The position numbers and the translations under genes are program-made. A stretch of 63,907 nt of DNA, filler included, from Pelomyxa schiedti (lineage: Eukaryota > Protista > Evosea): the NCBI GenBank assembly GCA_020536535.1. It is 16 parts of 16 records of this genome, joined end to end, with 100 filler letters (N's around TTAATTAATTAA, not from the genome) between each part and the next. Parts side by side here need not be neighbours in the genome. Positions count along the whole stretch, not along the records: positions 48,887 to 63,907 come from JAHLWZ010000148.1; 15 more parts are not named here. One strand, 5' to 3'. Position 1 is the stretch's first letter, and every line of letters starts with the position of its first letter. Positions 63,395 through 63,907 of this stretch are shown one piece after another. The notes beneath the pieces were generated by a model. That model saw only the letters and a program-made list of their open reading frames with translations. It was not told the origin of the DNA and did not search any database.

Positions 63395-63907
63395 TTGCAC
63401 TATGTTTGTTTGATTGATTTCGGAACAGCGATGAAGAAAACGGTGCGGCGAATGGCCGAAGATCTAAAATTTTTTGCAAAAATTGGCGGGGAGAATCTCA
63501 TGCTATTGAGACAATGACATCGCACTGCATGGTTACGGCGTGACCACAGCCCACCCCCAACCGCCACCAACGGCCCCGACACCAACGTGGTTACCAAACC
63601 GTCCCAGCAAGATTGAGATGAAAAGATTGAGACAGTGATGATCAAAAAGACTGAGCAGAGTCATTCTCCCCGAATTCTCCCCTCTGGGAAAGGGAAAAAA
63701 TCCCGGGGAAATTACAGCACTGAATTGTAAACACCTGGGATTCCGAGAAGGACCTTACTCTGTGGTGATGAGAAATGTTGCTTTGGCTTCAGTTCCAAGT
63801 GGGTTGCAATATCTACGCAGCCAAGCGGTGACATTCACCTTTGGAAAGTGAACAAGGAACAAGAGTGGGGCGTGGTGGAGCCTCACATGAAGATTCTGAA
63901 ACCCACT

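Overview
Eukaryotic (protist) genomic DNA, not prokaryotic. The window is an artificial concatenation of 16 short contigs joined by 15 N44-TTAATTAATTAA-N44 linkers, so adjacency across linkers means nothing; four 100-N scaffold gaps lie inside contigs. Genes are densely packed, use the standard code and carry many ~40-60 nt spliceosomal introns (GT-AG with degenerate donors, plus two GC-AG introns required by the reading frame). Recognisable genes: PBZ-domain TKL kinase, intron-containing PflX-type radical SAM protein, Rab-like GTPase, polyubiquitin, PINK1-like kinase, RING/TRAF-pentapeptide-SPRY protein, SANT protein, Sec7-PH ArfGEF, two BTB proteins, importin-alpha-like ARM protein, AT3-SGNH acyltransferase and a C1-C1-TTC39 protein. 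Gene style suggests an anaerobic amoebozoan such as Pelomyxa from an amplified single-cell assembly (recall-based inference, not tested). Most notable unexplained signals: (1) an apparently intronless, expanded gene family with a shared N-terminal QFxA-x4-HxRCG-x2-SP module on at least six unlinked contigs, in tandem and inverted arrays with pseudogenes; (2) an 89-bp MITE with 26-bp TIRs and ANNT target duplications, one copy disrupting a BTB exon; (3) mosaic CpG depletion with CpG-type transitions, suggesting DNA methylation; (4) a virus/phage-type gene; (5) a nested repeat complex containing an RLE-type LINE 3' end. All gene models were spliced by eye; no searches were run.
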